From IMG/VR virus record IMGVR_UViG_3300025437_000009: DNA of 64,000 bases; one strand, written 5' to 3'. Source of the stretch: a virus (Duplodnaviria > Caudoviricetes). Shown piece by piece: positions 27,537 to 37,272 of the stretch. Position numbers and translations under genes: made by a program. Position 1 is the stretch's first letter, and each line of letters begins with the position of its first letter. Below the pieces are notes generated by a model. The model worked only from the letters and a program-made list of their open reading frames with translations, was not told where the DNA came from and did not search any database.

Positions 27537-28056
27537 TTTGAACATTTTCCTCAGGACCTGACACGTTAGAATTTTCATCTTCACCAGTTTCATATGCTTG
27601 GTCAATATCTTCTAGGTCAACTGTACCACTAGCTAATTCTAAAGCACCCTGCTCAATGTCTTTCATCAGCTTTTTAGGCATAACAATAGTAACTAACCAA
27701 ACTGGTGTTTGAACCATTTTAGGTACTTTAGTTCCTGGTTTAAAATCCTTGGGATCTTTTACTTTTTTTGTGTGCTCAAAAAAGTCTTGTTTGTACTCAA
27801 CATTACAGTCGTATTCGGCTAATCGTGCTGCACCCTTGGGGTTTGGCATTTTTTTGTAGGGCCACATAAATGTGCAGGTCACAAAGTATTTTTCGTAGAT
27901 AGGACCCTCTACAAGTTCACCTTGCTTCCAATGTTCAAAAGCATAAAGATCGAGTTCATCTAAGACACGTTCAAAATCCAGCAGGGTTGAGACTGCTGAA
28001 TCCGTCATGAATATTTCTTTTGTATTGTTTAGTAGGTCTCTAATATTAGCCGGCAT
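27529..28056 (-). CDS. hypothetical protein
   Basis: ORF track; TAAATA at 28065-28070. Confidence 0.7.
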   Translation of the reverse strand: MPANIRDLLNNTKEIFMTDSAVSTLLDFERVLDELDLYAFEHWKQGELVEGPIYEKYFVTCTFMWPYKKMPNPKGAARLAEYDCNVEYKQDFFEHTKKVKDPKDFKPGTKVPKMVQTPVWLVTIVMPKKLMKDIEQGALELASGTVDLEDIDQAYETGEDENSNVSGPEENVQNA

Positions 28057-28077
28057 AGTACAGTTATTTATCTGATA

Positions 28078-29262
28078 TTAGAACTTATAGAATTCGTTAG
28101 CACCGGTACTTTGGTAATTTGCTGTGCCAATTTTATAAAATGGACTTAAAAACCCTACAAATCCCACAGGTTTTCCTAATTCCTTGTTGAAATATTTAAG
28201 GTCTATGTTATCAACTAAGAACGCAAGTCCTGCCTTCCATACATTGTATGCATGGGTATCTTGAAAGTTTGTATAGAACCAGTAGTCCATTTCGTTGTAA
28301 AAACTATTGGTAGGTTTGCTAGTCTGAAATGTAGTATGATCGTAGTCAGGGTATATCAAGGGTTTAATAATTTGTTCAAATGTAGTGCGCTGACTAAAAC
28401 TGTAATTTGGCCAACGTACTAGATGTTGAAGATATTGATTAGACTGTAAATTAAACCAATTTTTAATTAAATGTGCTTGTTTAGCCAGTAGCTCGGGCAG
28501 ATCTGGACTCCAATAAAAATATTCATTGGTAACATTGGTATAATCTCCTACATTGGGATTGGCACTATTGGCCTGTATATCCATGAAATACAAATACCAA
28601 TGGCCATCCTTGATACATATCTTGGGTTTATCAATGCCCCATAATAGACAAATACTTTTGCCTTGATTTAATGTTTCTTTGTGATCGTCTACAGCATCAA
28701 CTGTAAATTTAAAAGGATGTCCGGGCTGGAAATAATCTCTAGTATCATACACCCAACTTTCATCGTGTTTACTATTGAGCATGTCAATGCTGTAATCATG
28801 TACTGTTATTTTTGTACTTGGACTGTGTACAGCAATCCAGTCTAACAAGGGTTTGGCAGCATAGCGCCATTCGCTTAGTGTATTTTCGGGTTTGGTATTA
28901 AAGGGATCATCAGTGACATTCTTTTCACCAGCCTTGGGATAACGAAATACAACTTCATCGAGATGTATGTTGTTCTTGATAAAACTATAAACTACAGTAC
29001 TGCTATCACCACCGCCACTGACCTCGAGACGGATATAATCGTAACGTTCTCTAATCTGTTGAGCACGTATTCGATATAATTCTTGTAGCGGGGTAGACGG
29101 TTCAACAAGCCAGTCGACCTGATCAAACTCTTCTTTATTATAATTCCACTCAGGGAAGATATTTTGTTTAGTAGCTTCAATAAGTGCATCTACTTTATTA
29201 AAATATCTCTGTTCCCCTACTTGATAAAAACCTAACCTGGGATTTTGTTCACGTATAGCCAT
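28078..29262 (-). CDS. PP-loop (adenine nucleotide alpha-hydrolase) family protein
   Basis: LEVSGGGDS, matching the SGGxDS motif near the N-terminus. Confidence 0.65.
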   Translation of the reverse strand: MAIREQNPRLGFYQVGEQRYFNKVDALIEATKQNIFPEWNYNKEEFDQVDWLVEPSTPLQELYRIRAQQIRERYDYIRLEVSGGGDSSTVVYSFIKNNIHLDEVVFRYPKAGEKNVTDDPFNTKPENTLSEWRYAAKPLLDWIAVHSPSTKITVHDYSIDMLNSKHDESWVYDTRDYFQPGHPFKFTVDAVDDHKETLNQGKSICLLWGIDKPKICIKDGHWYLYFMDIQANSANPNVGDYTNVTNEYFYWSPDLPELLAKQAHLIKNWFNLQSNQYLQHLVRWPNYSFSQRTTFEQIIKPLIYPDYDHTTFQTSKPTNSFYNEMDYWFYTNFQDTHAYNVWKAGLAFLVDNIDLKYFNKELGKPVGFVGFLSPFYKIGTANYQSTGANEFYKF

Positions 29263-30173
29263 TACTTGACTGATATCCCGTCGGTCATCTTTTTCCAGAA
29301 ATACTTTGATTCGTTGTAGTATGCAACTGGATTTTCATTTAGCATTTCTCTTGTAGGACTACAAAAATCATCTGCTATAGCTTTTTTAACTAAAGGAGTT
29401 TTTGCGGCTTCCACTAATACTTTGCGCCAGGCTGAATATTTTTCTTCTGATACATTGGTAGGGACAATTAACTGTGCTGGACTTCCCATACGGGCCATAG
29501 CCGGCCCAAACCCTTGATCAAGCAGTAGTGGTTTGTTGTTGATAGAAACAGAACCACCTATGCCTAACACATACATGCGTGACTTGGTACTATTTTCTTT
29601 TTCGTACTGTGTGGTATCGCCAAGAAGGTTAACTGCAAAATCAGTTTGCCCACTCAGTGCAGACATAACTGCTTCACTGGTACTCTTAAATGCAAGAATA
29701 TCTAAATTGGGATATCGTTTGGCAATTTGAATAGCAGTCAAGTGTGTAGTTGTGCCCATACCACTCATACCAATGGTCAATCTTTTGTCGGTGGGTACTT
29801 CTTTCCAGGACTTGTATTTGGATGAACTAATACCGAATGGTCCAAAACACACAGGCATAAGTTCTTGGAAGTTGTCTTGATTGTAACCTGACTCTGGATA
29901 CAAGTTAGAACGAATAAAGAAAGCCGAACTGGTTGCTAAAATAGTATTAGGGGTTTTTGCCACATGAGCTGCTGCAATAGCACCTCCAGCCCCAGGCTTG
30001 TAATCAACAATAAAGTTGTATTTTGACTGTAGCTTGTTAGCCGATTCGGCCAAAGCACGATAGTAGTTAGCGGCAGTATCGCCTGCGGTCCAAGAATAAA
30101 TGATTGTTACGTTTTCAGCCGATGCCGCAGTCAGTGCAAAGGTAGATAGCAAAATTGCTATAATTTTTTTCAT
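29262..30173 (-). CDS. tctC: tripartite tricarboxylate transporter binding protein (Bug/TctC-like)
   Basis: Signal peptide; KPGAGGAIA, G.SGMGTTTHL and ALSGQTD motifs. Confidence 0.8.
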   Translation of the reverse strand: MKKIIAILLSTFALTAASAENVTIIYSWTAGDTAANYYRALAESANKLQSKYNFIVDYKPGAGGAIAAAHVAKTPNTILATSSAFFIRSNLYPESGYNQDNFQELMPVCFGPFGISSSKYKSWKEVPTDKRLTIGMSGMGTTTHLTAIQIAKRYPNLDILAFKSTSEAVMSALSGQTDFAVNLLGDTTQYEKENSTKSRMYVLGIGGSVSINNKPLLLDQGFGPAMARMGSPAQLIVPTNVSEEKYSAWRKVLVEAAKTPLVKKAIADDFCSPTREMLNENPVAYYNESKYFWKKMTDGISVK

Positions 30174-30184
30174 AAAGATTCCTA

Positions 30185-30240
30185 ATTTAGATTATGTAAT
30201 TGTATAAGAAATGTAAGTGTATGTCAACCACACACTTACA
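30185..30240 (-). promoter_or_regulatory. sigma70-like promoter overlapped by a hairpin
   Basis: TTGACA upstream of an AT-rich -10 region; ATGTAAGTGT/ACACTTACAT inverted repeat. Confidence 0.45.
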
Positions 30241-30245
30241 TCAAT

Positions 30246-30734
30246 TTAACTACGTTTGATTTGGTCAATCAAGCCTGGGGTAAAAGTCGGCTCAAACTTT
30301 TCATACACTGACTGGGTTTTGGCTTTCCAATCTGCTCGTTCTTCGGGGGTTAGGTCATGGATATTAACGCCCTCGGCTAATAAACGTTCGCGAGCTTCTT
30401 CACCATCGGCAATAGTTGCTTCGCGTTCTTTACGTCCGGCTTTGATAGCAGCATCTTTGATTACAGCACGTACTTCTGGGCTTAACTGTTGCCAAAAGTC
30501 ATTACGCATAATCATAGTGGTTAAGAATAAACTATGCTTGCTATCAATTACACTTTTAGTAACTTCGTTTTGTCCCAACGGGTAAACACGGCTGTATACA
30601 CCTTCGCCTGCATCACAATCACCTGCTTTGATATGTTCAGCTAGGTCTTCGATTTCACAAACATAAGGTTCATCAACACCCAATGCTTTAAATGTTTCTT
30701 GTGCTACAGGATTACGGTTAGTTCTGATCTTCAT
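30246..30734 (-). CDS. dctP: TRAP solute-binding protein DctP, C-terminal half
   Basis: KIRT, EVTK....H.L, FWQQLSPE.RAVI.DAA motifs. Confidence 0.75.
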   Translation of the reverse strand: MKIRTNRNPVAQETFKALGVDEPYVCEIEDLAEHIKAGDCDAGEGVYSRVYPLGQNEVTKSVIDSKHSLFLTTMIMRNDFWQQLSPEVRAVIKDAAIKAGRKEREATIADGEEARERLLAEGVNIHDLTPEERADWKAKTQSVYEKFEPTFTPGLIDQIKRS

Positions 30735-31197
30735 CAGTTAACCCTTTTAGTGTACTTACTTGTTTGTTGCTCAACACATTGCGGAAACCGCCCGAGTATG
30801 TAAATGCCATGCCACGTACATTTGATTTTTCTGTAATCTTGTCTAACAAGAATTCGCCAACTTCGCCTTCTAACACACGAGTAGCGTGATCATGATCTTC
30901 AAAAATAAATGGCATTTCTAATGCCAACATATCTTGTTCATACTTTTCAGCTAACCAAGTTGTGTACATTTGGCTCATTTCAATCTTACCTTGTTCCATT
31001 AGGTCAAGTAAGTCATGTTTAGTAACTACAACACCATCATTATACTTTTGTGAATACTCAGCCAATGTCATAACTTCTACTTCAATCTTTTCAGCTGTTT
31101 GAGCGGCATTAACAAAGTCTTGGAAATCTTTGGCAGCACGCACAAATAGACTCAATGGTTCGTGAGCAATAACCCAACGAATTTTAGTTGTTTTCAT
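30718..31197 (-). CDS. dctP: TRAP solute-binding protein DctP, N-terminal half (no signal peptide)
   Basis: LEMPFIFEDHDHA and GGFRNV motifs. Likely start ATG 31197; out of frame with the C-terminal half. Confidence 0.75.
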   Translation of the reverse strand: MKTTKIRWVIAHEPLSLFVRAAKDFQDFVNAAQTAEKIEVEVMTLAEYSQKYNDGVVVTKHDLLDLMEQGKIEMSQMYTTWLAEKYEQDMLALEMPFIFEDHDHATRVLEGEVGEFLLDKITEKSNVRGMAFTYSGGFRNVLSNKQVSTLKGLTDEDQN

Positions 31198-31214
31198 TTT
31201 TAATTCCTTTATGT

Positions 31215-31317
31215 ATATGTATTTTGGCTGGCGTTCTACGTGTATCACAGTAGTAAAAGGGTACTTACCCCAGGCGTCTGACGTCAACAAGAGTGTCGGC
31301 GTTGCTACTATTATTTA
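31215..31317 (-). promoter_or_regulatory. late promoter plus structured ~110-nt leader (riboswitch-like candidate)
   Basis: TAAATA at 31312-31317; stems AGTAG/CTACT, CGACA/TGTTG, GGGT/ACCC; three ACGCC copies. Confidence 0.4.
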
Positions 31318-31353
31318 TCCGTGATTAAAATCTATTGTGGATATTGATCCGAC

Positions 31354-31686
31354 TTGCAGTTAAGTCTCGAAGACTATGCCAAACAAAACAATGTCATTAG
31401 ATTCGATGCGGCCTTTTGTCTAGGATCAATCAACTTTGGATCTGTAGAAGATATCGAACATCAAATTGGTCTAGTGGTGCAATTACTAAAAACAAAAAAT
31501 TCGAGAATTTATTGGCGTTGTAATCCCGGCCGTAAAGATCATAAAAATCCAGACTGTGAATCAATTGACTTTTATCCGTGGTCGTTTGACGATCACCATA
31601 GGCTCGCTGAAAAATTTGGTTTTACTGTTAATGAACTTGATTGGGACTCTAATAATAGGATTTATGCAGAATGGGTAAAGAAATAA
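31354..31686 (+). CDS. methyltransferase-like fragment, probably N-terminally truncated
   Basis: FDAAFCLGSINF and YWRCNPG resemble the second half of a class I MTase. No motif I; in-frame TGA just upstream. Confidence 0.4.
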   Translation: MQLSLEDYAKQNNVIRFDAAFCLGSINFGSVEDIEHQIGLVVQLLKTKNSRIYWRCNPGRKDHKNPDCESIDFYPWSFDDHHRLAEKFGFTVNELDWDSNNRIYAEWVKK

Positions 31687-31805
31687 CAACTCAGCATAAT
31701 ATTTAATCCAAATGAGTTGTATATAAACACGCTGTTTATCATCAGGAAACCAGAGCCTAAATACTTGTGTAGGTAGCACGACACTACTACTTCAAGGAGA
31801 CAAGA

Positions 31806-32573
31806 TTGTCTAGACGTCAAAAGAGAGCTTCCGCTCTATTAGTAAACGATAGCAGTATCAGCAGTTTCAGCAGTAACAATACAGTAAGAATGGACTTGTA
31901 TCAAAAAAATTCAAAACCTCAACAACGTCCAATAACACTTCTACCAAAAAGCCTAACACAAGAAACATATATTGATCTATTAACTGATCCTAGCCGCCTG
32001 ATAGTTTTTGCAACAGGTCCAGCAGGTACCGGTAAAACTATGTTGGCCGTACTAGCAGCACTCAAGGCCTTTAGATCGGGTGCATGTGATCGCATTGTGG
32101 TTACCAGACCAGCGGTAGGTGTTGATGACGAAGAGCATGGATTCTTACCTGGTGATTTGAATGAAAAGATGGCTCCGTGGACCCGTCCTATATTTGACAT
32201 CATTGGAGAATACTATCGCCAAAGCGAAATTGTACGTATGCTAGATGAACAACAGATTGAGATATCTCCCCTGGCATATATGAGAGGAAGAACATTTAAA
32301 AACTCGTGGATTATTGCAGACGAAATGCAAAACGCGACACCAAGTCAGATGAAAATGTTACTCACACGATTAGGCGAAGGCTCAAAGATGATTGTTACTG
32401 GCGATACACGTCAGGCAGATCGTAGCGAAGGCGAAAACGGATTATTGGATTTCCAAAATCTAGTAGAAAGCTATAAAAAGTGTAACTACGTTAGTGGTGT
32501 AGAATTTGAACACCGAGACATTCAACGCCATCCTGCGGTACTTGAAATACTTAAGATTTACGGGGAGGTTTGA
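31806..32573 (+). CDS. phoH: PhoH family ATPase
   Basis: GPAGTGKT, GFLPG, AYMRGRTF, DEMQN, RLGEGSKMIVTGD. TTG start with AAGGAG SD; TAAATA at 31758-31763. Confidence 0.95.
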   Translation: MSRRQKRASALLVNDSSISSFSSNNTVRMDLYQKNSKPQQRPITLLPKSLTQETYIDLLTDPSRLIVFATGPAGTGKTMLAVLAALKAFRSGACDRIVVTRPAVGVDDEEHGFLPGDLNEKMAPWTRPIFDIIGEYYRQSEIVRMLDEQQIEISPLAYMRGRTFKNSWIIADEMQNATPSQMKMLLTRLGEGSKMIVTGDTRQADRSEGENGLLDFQNLVESYKKCNYVSGVEFEHRDIQRHPAVLEILKIYGEV

Positions 32574-33154
32574 CCTACGATTATTTCGTAAACTTCCCGC
32601 CAGTTTTTAACTGTACGTACATGGTCATGATAGTGATTCATATTATGACCATGTTCCATGAGTAAGCTATTAAGACCTAGGTCAGCACCTAGTTCAGCAT
32701 TTTCAACTTTATCTTCAATCCACCAACAGCCTGTGTCCCTGTACTGGTATAGTGCAGAGTCTTTTGGTGCACCGGTATCTAAACAAATAATTTTTTGAAA
32801 TACCGTCTTTCCAAACAACTTGCGTAGATTCATTTCACGCAGTTTGACAGCATTAGGTTCTACGCTTACTGATGTGATACAATGGAATACATATCCATGC
32901 TCTTTGTGTAGTTTTTCAACATAGTGCATACTATCACGCAGAGGCGGTAGGAATCCAATGGCAGCACTTTCATTAAACATTTTGATTAACTTAACAATCT
33001 GCGGTCTTGATATACCGTAACGCACACTCATGTCGTAGTTTAGTTCTCCACCTGGAATCAATTCAAAGCCGTGTTGCTCCATCCAAATTTCAAACGCATA
33101 TTCCCAATTAAGCAGGACGCCGTCGGCATCTACTAGTATAACTGATTCTTTCAT
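32558..33154 (-). CDS. HAD-superfamily 5'(3')-nucleotidase-like protein
   Basis: VDADGVL (DxDG) and WIEDK motifs. Confidence 0.75.
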   Translation of the reverse strand: MKESVILVDADGVLLNWEYAFEIWMEQHGFELIPGGELNYDMSVRYGISRPQIVKLIKMFNESAAIGFLPPLRDSMHYVEKLHKEHGYVFHCITSVSVEPNAVKLREMNLRKLFGKTVFQKIICLDTGAPKDSALYQYRDTGCWWIEDKVENAELGADLGLNSLLMEHGHNMNHYHDHVRTVKNWREVYEIIVGQTSP

Positions 33155-33810
33155 AGGACCTTTACATAGTTAAGCACAGTAACACGAGCATTATTTTTAT
33201 ACTCGTCCTCACGGTGATCTTTAATACGAGCTGATATCTTACCTACCTCACAGATCTTGTCTAAGCTACGAGCCCAGTAAAACAACAAATTACCTGCACC
33301 GTCATAGCCATATACTGCCCAGCAATCTAAACTTTTAATATAACGCTTTTCAAGCAAGGTAAAGTCAGTGGTGATTCGATCTCGAGTGTGGCCAACATAG
33401 CGACTGTGGTGTTCATAGCGAGCACTGATTTCTCTGACATGATCTTTGCGTTGATAGTCGTCAGCTAATTTTGGTACCCAAGCAACAATACCAAAATCTC
33501 GTGTTGCAATAGTTTGATTAGAGATTAGATCAACTGCTTGTCCTAAAAAACGATCTGGTGTGCCTTTGAGGCTTTGCATGATTACCGTTTGTTGCAGATA
33601 TTGAACGATGCCTTCGGCTTCTTTGCGATGAAAATCATTTACCACAAACGGAGCTCCGTTACCTTCCAAATAGTTGGTGATCAGCTGACGATTTGGATCC
33701 TGAACCAAATCTCCTCTAACGGGATTACGCAGTATATTGCGACCATTTGACTCATAGGCTGCTATAGAAGCAGACAGTACGTCTAAGGTTGGGTAAGATT
33801 TTGTTTTCAT
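33151..33810 (-). CDS. hypothetical early protein
   Basis: Directly downstream of a sigma70-like promoter; possible OB-fold C-terminus. Confidence 0.65.
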   Translation of the reverse strand: MKTKSYPTLDVLSASIAAYESNGRNILRNPVRGDLVQDPNRQLITNYLEGNGAPFVVNDFHRKEAEGIVQYLQQTVIMQSLKGTPDRFLGQAVDLISNQTIATRDFGIVAWVPKLADDYQRKDHVREISARYEHHSRYVGHTRDRITTDFTLLEKRYIKSLDCWAVYGYDGAGNLLFYWARSLDKICEVGKISARIKDHREDEYKNNARVTVLNYVKVL

Positions 33811-33815
33811 AATAC

Positions 33816-33844
33816 ATTATAGCATTTTGGCAATTTGGGGTCAA
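33816..33844 (-). promoter_or_regulatory. sigma70-like early promoter
   Basis: TTGACC-17 bp-TATAAT. Confidence 0.8.
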
Positions 33845-33862
33845 CCACCCCATAAATACTAG

Positions 33863-34756
33863 ATGATTAATGTATATCAACGTGGTGGGCATACTATGGG
33901 AGATACCCTTATAGCTATGAGCCTTTTCAACAGTTTAAACCAACCAGTAAATTTAACCACTTCACCAGAATCCCTATACAATCGGTGGAAAGATATACTT
34001 AACATCAACGAACAAATTACAATAACTATTGACAACTACTGCCCATTATATCAAAATCCACCTCACCCAAGATTTTTAGAAAGTTTTAAAGTCTTTAATC
34101 AATATATAAAGCCTGATTCGGTTCAGCTATTTGGACAACAGTTTACTACAGGACGTCGTGGCAAACGTGGTGTTGCTGTGCTAATCAACAATGGTGACCA
34201 AATAAAAAATAGTGACTATTTTGAACTAGTAACTACTACTAGAGAATATCCTTATATTAAATTTCATCCTTGGGAATTATACGAAAAAATTTTATTATTA
34301 GTTCAAGCCGCAGGATACGATCCTTACATCATCGACAATAAAAATACATCTGTTGAAAATAAAATTTTTATCCTTAACGAACTTTGCGATTTTGTAATTG
34401 GTTATGAGGGTGGCTTGTGTCACTTAGCACATACTCTACGATTGCCGACTATAATATTGCCTTGGCGTACACGTTTGGATGAAATTAATGTTACAGATTT
34501 TTTGCATCTCGATAAACAAACATATTTTGTTCGAGACACTAGTGAAATTTTTGGATGGTCCCCCGAATACCTAACAAATTTAGTTGACGGGTTATACCAT
34601 GAAGAGGGTTTTAATAATCAATGGATGACGGTTGATTCATTTCCAGATTCTGGACCATTTATTGACTATTATTATACCGGGTCAAGCGACCAATTCAGAC
34701 AACAGTATGAGTGGGTTATACAATACATGGATAAAAAAACACTAGGCGGTTATTAG
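33863..34756 (+). CDS. GT9/heptosyltransferase-like protein
   Basis: GDTLIA start and FVIGYEGGLCHLAHTL pattern; TAAATA at 33853-33858. Confidence 0.45.
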   Translation: MINVYQRGGHTMGDTLIAMSLFNSLNQPVNLTTSPESLYNRWKDILNINEQITITIDNYCPLYQNPPHPRFLESFKVFNQYIKPDSVQLFGQQFTTGRRGKRGVAVLINNGDQIKNSDYFELVTTTREYPYIKFHPWELYEKILLLVQAAGYDPYIIDNKNTSVENKIFILNELCDFVIGYEGGLCHLAHTLRLPTIILPWRTRLDEINVTDFLHLDKQTYFVRDTSEIFGWSPEYLTNLVDGLYHEEGFNNQWMTVDSFPDSGPFIDYYYTGSSDQFRQQYEWVIQYMDKKTLGGY

Positions 34757-34995
34757 CCTTTGAGTTTGGTGTGTACGTATTGATGTAGGGTGTTTAAATA
34801 GGAGGTTTGATTGGCCAATTTAGACTCTACGGCTTCTAAACGGCTACGCAACTGTTGATTTTCTGTTTGAAGTTGCTCTAGTGTTACTTTAGTGTCTTTA
34901 AGAACTTTTTCGTGACTCAAGAGATTGGGACGTGGCGGAGCATTGGGATCCACAGCCCTTTTCTTTTTAGTGCGATACATGTCAAACATACTCAT
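34753..34995 (-). CDS. small coiled-coil protein
   Basis: ORF track. Confidence 0.6.
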   Translation of the reverse strand: MSMFDMYRTKKKRAVDPNAPPRPNLLSHEKVLKDTKVTLEQLQTENQQLRSRLEAVESKLANQTSYLNTLHQYVHTKLKG

Positions 34996-35315
34996 ACGTA
35001 ATATTTATCCTGCGGTAAACTAGGCCATTTAACACATACTGTATCGGTGTCTTCAGTATAGTAACCTTCAGCCCAATCGCCAGGTTCTACTACGCAAACA
35101 TCTCCTGTGCGATATTCTTCACCATTTAAGATCATGCACCCACGAGTGATCAACTGCATTTCAGTGACTATCTTGTGATAGTGTCGAGGATAGATTGTGC
35201 CTGCGGGGTTGGTTTGAAAACACACTTCATAGTCCGGGGTGCGATGTAGAGCTTCGGGAAAGTCGCCTACAAACCAACCGCGAGCACCACTATCACTCAG
35301 CCGGTGTCGCTTCAA
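34992..35315 (-). CDS. cupin-domain protein
   Basis: RHYHKIVTEM...G.M.LNGE cupin motif. Confidence 0.7.
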   Translation of the reverse strand: MKRHRLSDSGARGWFVGDFPEALHRTPDYEVCFQTNPAGTIYPRHYHKIVTEMQLITRGCMILNGEEYRTGDVCVVEPGDWAEGYYTEDTDTVCVKWPSLPQDKYYV

Positions 35316-35667
35316 CTTTAACTTCCTCTGTGGCTTCTTCTTGGGGAATAAACTGCTCTAAGTACGCCATATCCAACTGCGCCATTGTTTGAATAACATA
35401 CTGTGGATAACCTTCTAAGAAATACTTAAACAAGTCATCAAATGTTTTTTCTGTACCGAACTTGTTGTAAACAACTTTCTTTTCGTTGAGGTTTAGAATA
35501 ACACCAGCGTATTGGCGGTCCTTGCTACTCAAACCTTTGGTAAATTCGATACGTTCGTCGTACTGATAGTTATCAGGATTCTTGTTCCATCCTGCTACTT
35601 GTGTTTGTACTCCAGCACGTGGCTTTTGTACATAAAATGCGATAAGATGTATGTCTTTAATTTTCAT
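35293..35667 (-). CDS. hypothetical protein
   Basis: ORF track. Confidence 0.65.
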   Translation of the reverse strand: MKIKDIHLIAFYVQKPRAGVQTQVAGWNKNPDNYQYDERIEFTKGLSSKDRQYAGVILNLNEKKVVYNKFGTEKTFDDLFKYFLEGYPQYVIQTMAQLDMAYLEQFIPQEEATEEVKVEATPAE

Positions 35668-36349
35668 AAATTTCCTTATATTTTTTAATTAAAAATTCTG
35701 AGTATGCTTTATTTCCTTCCGGACCGTGATGCCCGTCCCATCCATATTGACTATAATCTGCTGGCCTGATGTTCAATTTTTGATTGTATGTACCGTAGGT
35801 ATTGTCAAACAAATTGACGATTTCTTTGTGATTGCTAACTTCTAAATAAAAATCATTTACTAAAGGAAGTGGATTATGTTCTAATGGTTTAGAGCAAAAG
35901 TGAAACATAAATTTGCAGTTTGCATATTTAAAAAATCCATACAGGTTTAAAAGGTTAGAAAGAAATTGCGTTTCTTCAAATTCTCTACTGTAGGTTATGA
36001 TGTTTTCTTTAGGTGAATCAATTCCAGAGTGTTTTTTACTTCTCACCCCACGTTCTTTTGGATTGGGATTTTTTTTGTCAGGTGCATTACCTGTTCTAAA
36101 CTCCGAAGCAAAGAAATCACGGCGTTCAAGATGTGTAAATCCCAGCAGGAAAAAAACTTCTGTATTTTTATTTTCAATAGCAAATCGTGTGGCATTACGC
36201 ATAATACCTTCGTTTGATTTTCCAATGTATGCATAATTAACAACAGATGATGCATTTACATGGTCACCGAATAGAGACCAGTAACTGTCTTGAGCTTCTA
36301 CATAATACCAAGGAGTAGTGTAACTGTCCCCGTCAACATACAGAATCAT
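35657..36349 (-). CDS. SGNH/GDSL-like hydrolase-fold protein
   Basis: YVDGDSYT, GKSNEGI and DGHHG motifs. Confidence 0.55.
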   Translation of the reverse strand: MILYVDGDSYTTPWYYVEAQDSYWSLFGDHVNASSVVNYAYIGKSNEGIMRNATRFAIENKNTEVFFLLGFTHLERRDFFASEFRTGNAPDKKNPNPKERGVRSKKHSGIDSPKENIITYSREFEETQFLSNLLNLYGFFKYANCKFMFHFCSKPLEHNPLPLVNDFYLEVSNHKEIVNLFDNTYGTYNQKLNIRPADYSQYGWDGHHGPEGNKAYSEFLIKKYKEIYEN

Positions 36350-37272
36350 TATTGTTCAATCTGTGTTAGTTCTACTAGTGTTGCTGAAAGATTAATTTCT
36401 TGATCTGCTACTAAGGGAATGTTCACAAGGCCCTTGCGTATGGCTAGAATTGCGGCGTCTTGACCTTCTTGTGTTTTTGACCATAGCTCTAAGTTATCAT
36501 ACATCCAGCGGAATACATCATCTGTGGCATCTGTATTTGATTGAGCACAAATTACCTTGCGTGCTTCAACAATCTTACCTGCTTTAAACAAAGCTACAGC
36601 ATCAAGTTTCCAATCCTTGACACCGCGATCATTTTCTCCAGGTTGACTTAACGTTCCTGTGGTTGAGTTTGCTTGTAGCAAGTTCAAACATTTGCGTAGA
36701 TCTGGATATGTTGCTTTGACATACGAGTCTAAAGTATCGAGATCAAACTCTACTGTTTCGGTCACTAAGATAGTTGCTGCACGTGCAGTAAACTCTGTTA
36801 CGTCACTTTTATCAATGTGGAAACCTTGACAACGACTGTGTAGTGCATCCATGATCTTGTGTGGCAGATTACAGGTCAGGATAAAACGTGCAGACTCTTG
36901 ATATGTTTCCATTAGGCCACGCATGATAGCCTGTGCGTTGTGTGTCAGGTAGTCCGCTTCGTCTAGGAGCACCACTTTAAATTTGCCCCACGGCATAGTA
37001 CTAACAAATCCTTCTACACGACTTTTAATAAAATCCACGCCGTTATCACGTGATGCATTGATGTGTAATACATCATATTCTTCAATGGCCAGTTCGTTGA
37101 TTAAGACCTTAGCTAGTGTGGTCTTACCTGTACCCGGTGATCCGCTTAATAAGATATGGGGGATAGCACCATCCCGAATCCAAGCATCTACCTGTTCACG
37201 TTGATTATTATCAGTAAACACATAATCTGCTACTGTCTTAGGGCGATATTTCTCTGTCCAAAGTTCTTTCAT
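36349..37272 (-). CDS. clamp loader ATPase subunit (RFC small/gp44-like)
   Basis: LWTEKYRP, GSPGTGKTT, LDEAD, SRC, DLRK. Confidence 0.93.
   Translation of the reverse strand: MKELWTEKYRPKTVADYVFTDNNQREQVDAWIRDGAIPHILLSGSPGTGKTTLAKVLINELAIEEYDVLHINASRDNGVDFIKSRVEGFVSTMPWGKFKVVLLDEADYLTHNAQAIMRGLMETYQESARFILTCNLPHKIMDALHSRCQGFHIDKSDVTEFTARAATILVTETVEFDLDTLDSYVKATYPDLRKCLNLLQANSTTGTLSQPGENDRGVKDWKLDAVALFKAGKIVEARKVICAQSNTDATDDVFRWMYDNLELWSKTQEGQDAAILAIRKGLVNIPLVADQEINLSATLVELTQIEQ

Noticed and set aside
30735-30750. AAAAGGG as a -1 slippery site joining the dctP halves
   Set aside because: A +1 shift is needed, and the target frame has a stop after this site.
31561-31779. 72-aa minus-strand ORF
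   Set aside because: TTG start, antisense to a + strand gene and across promoter DNA; no support.
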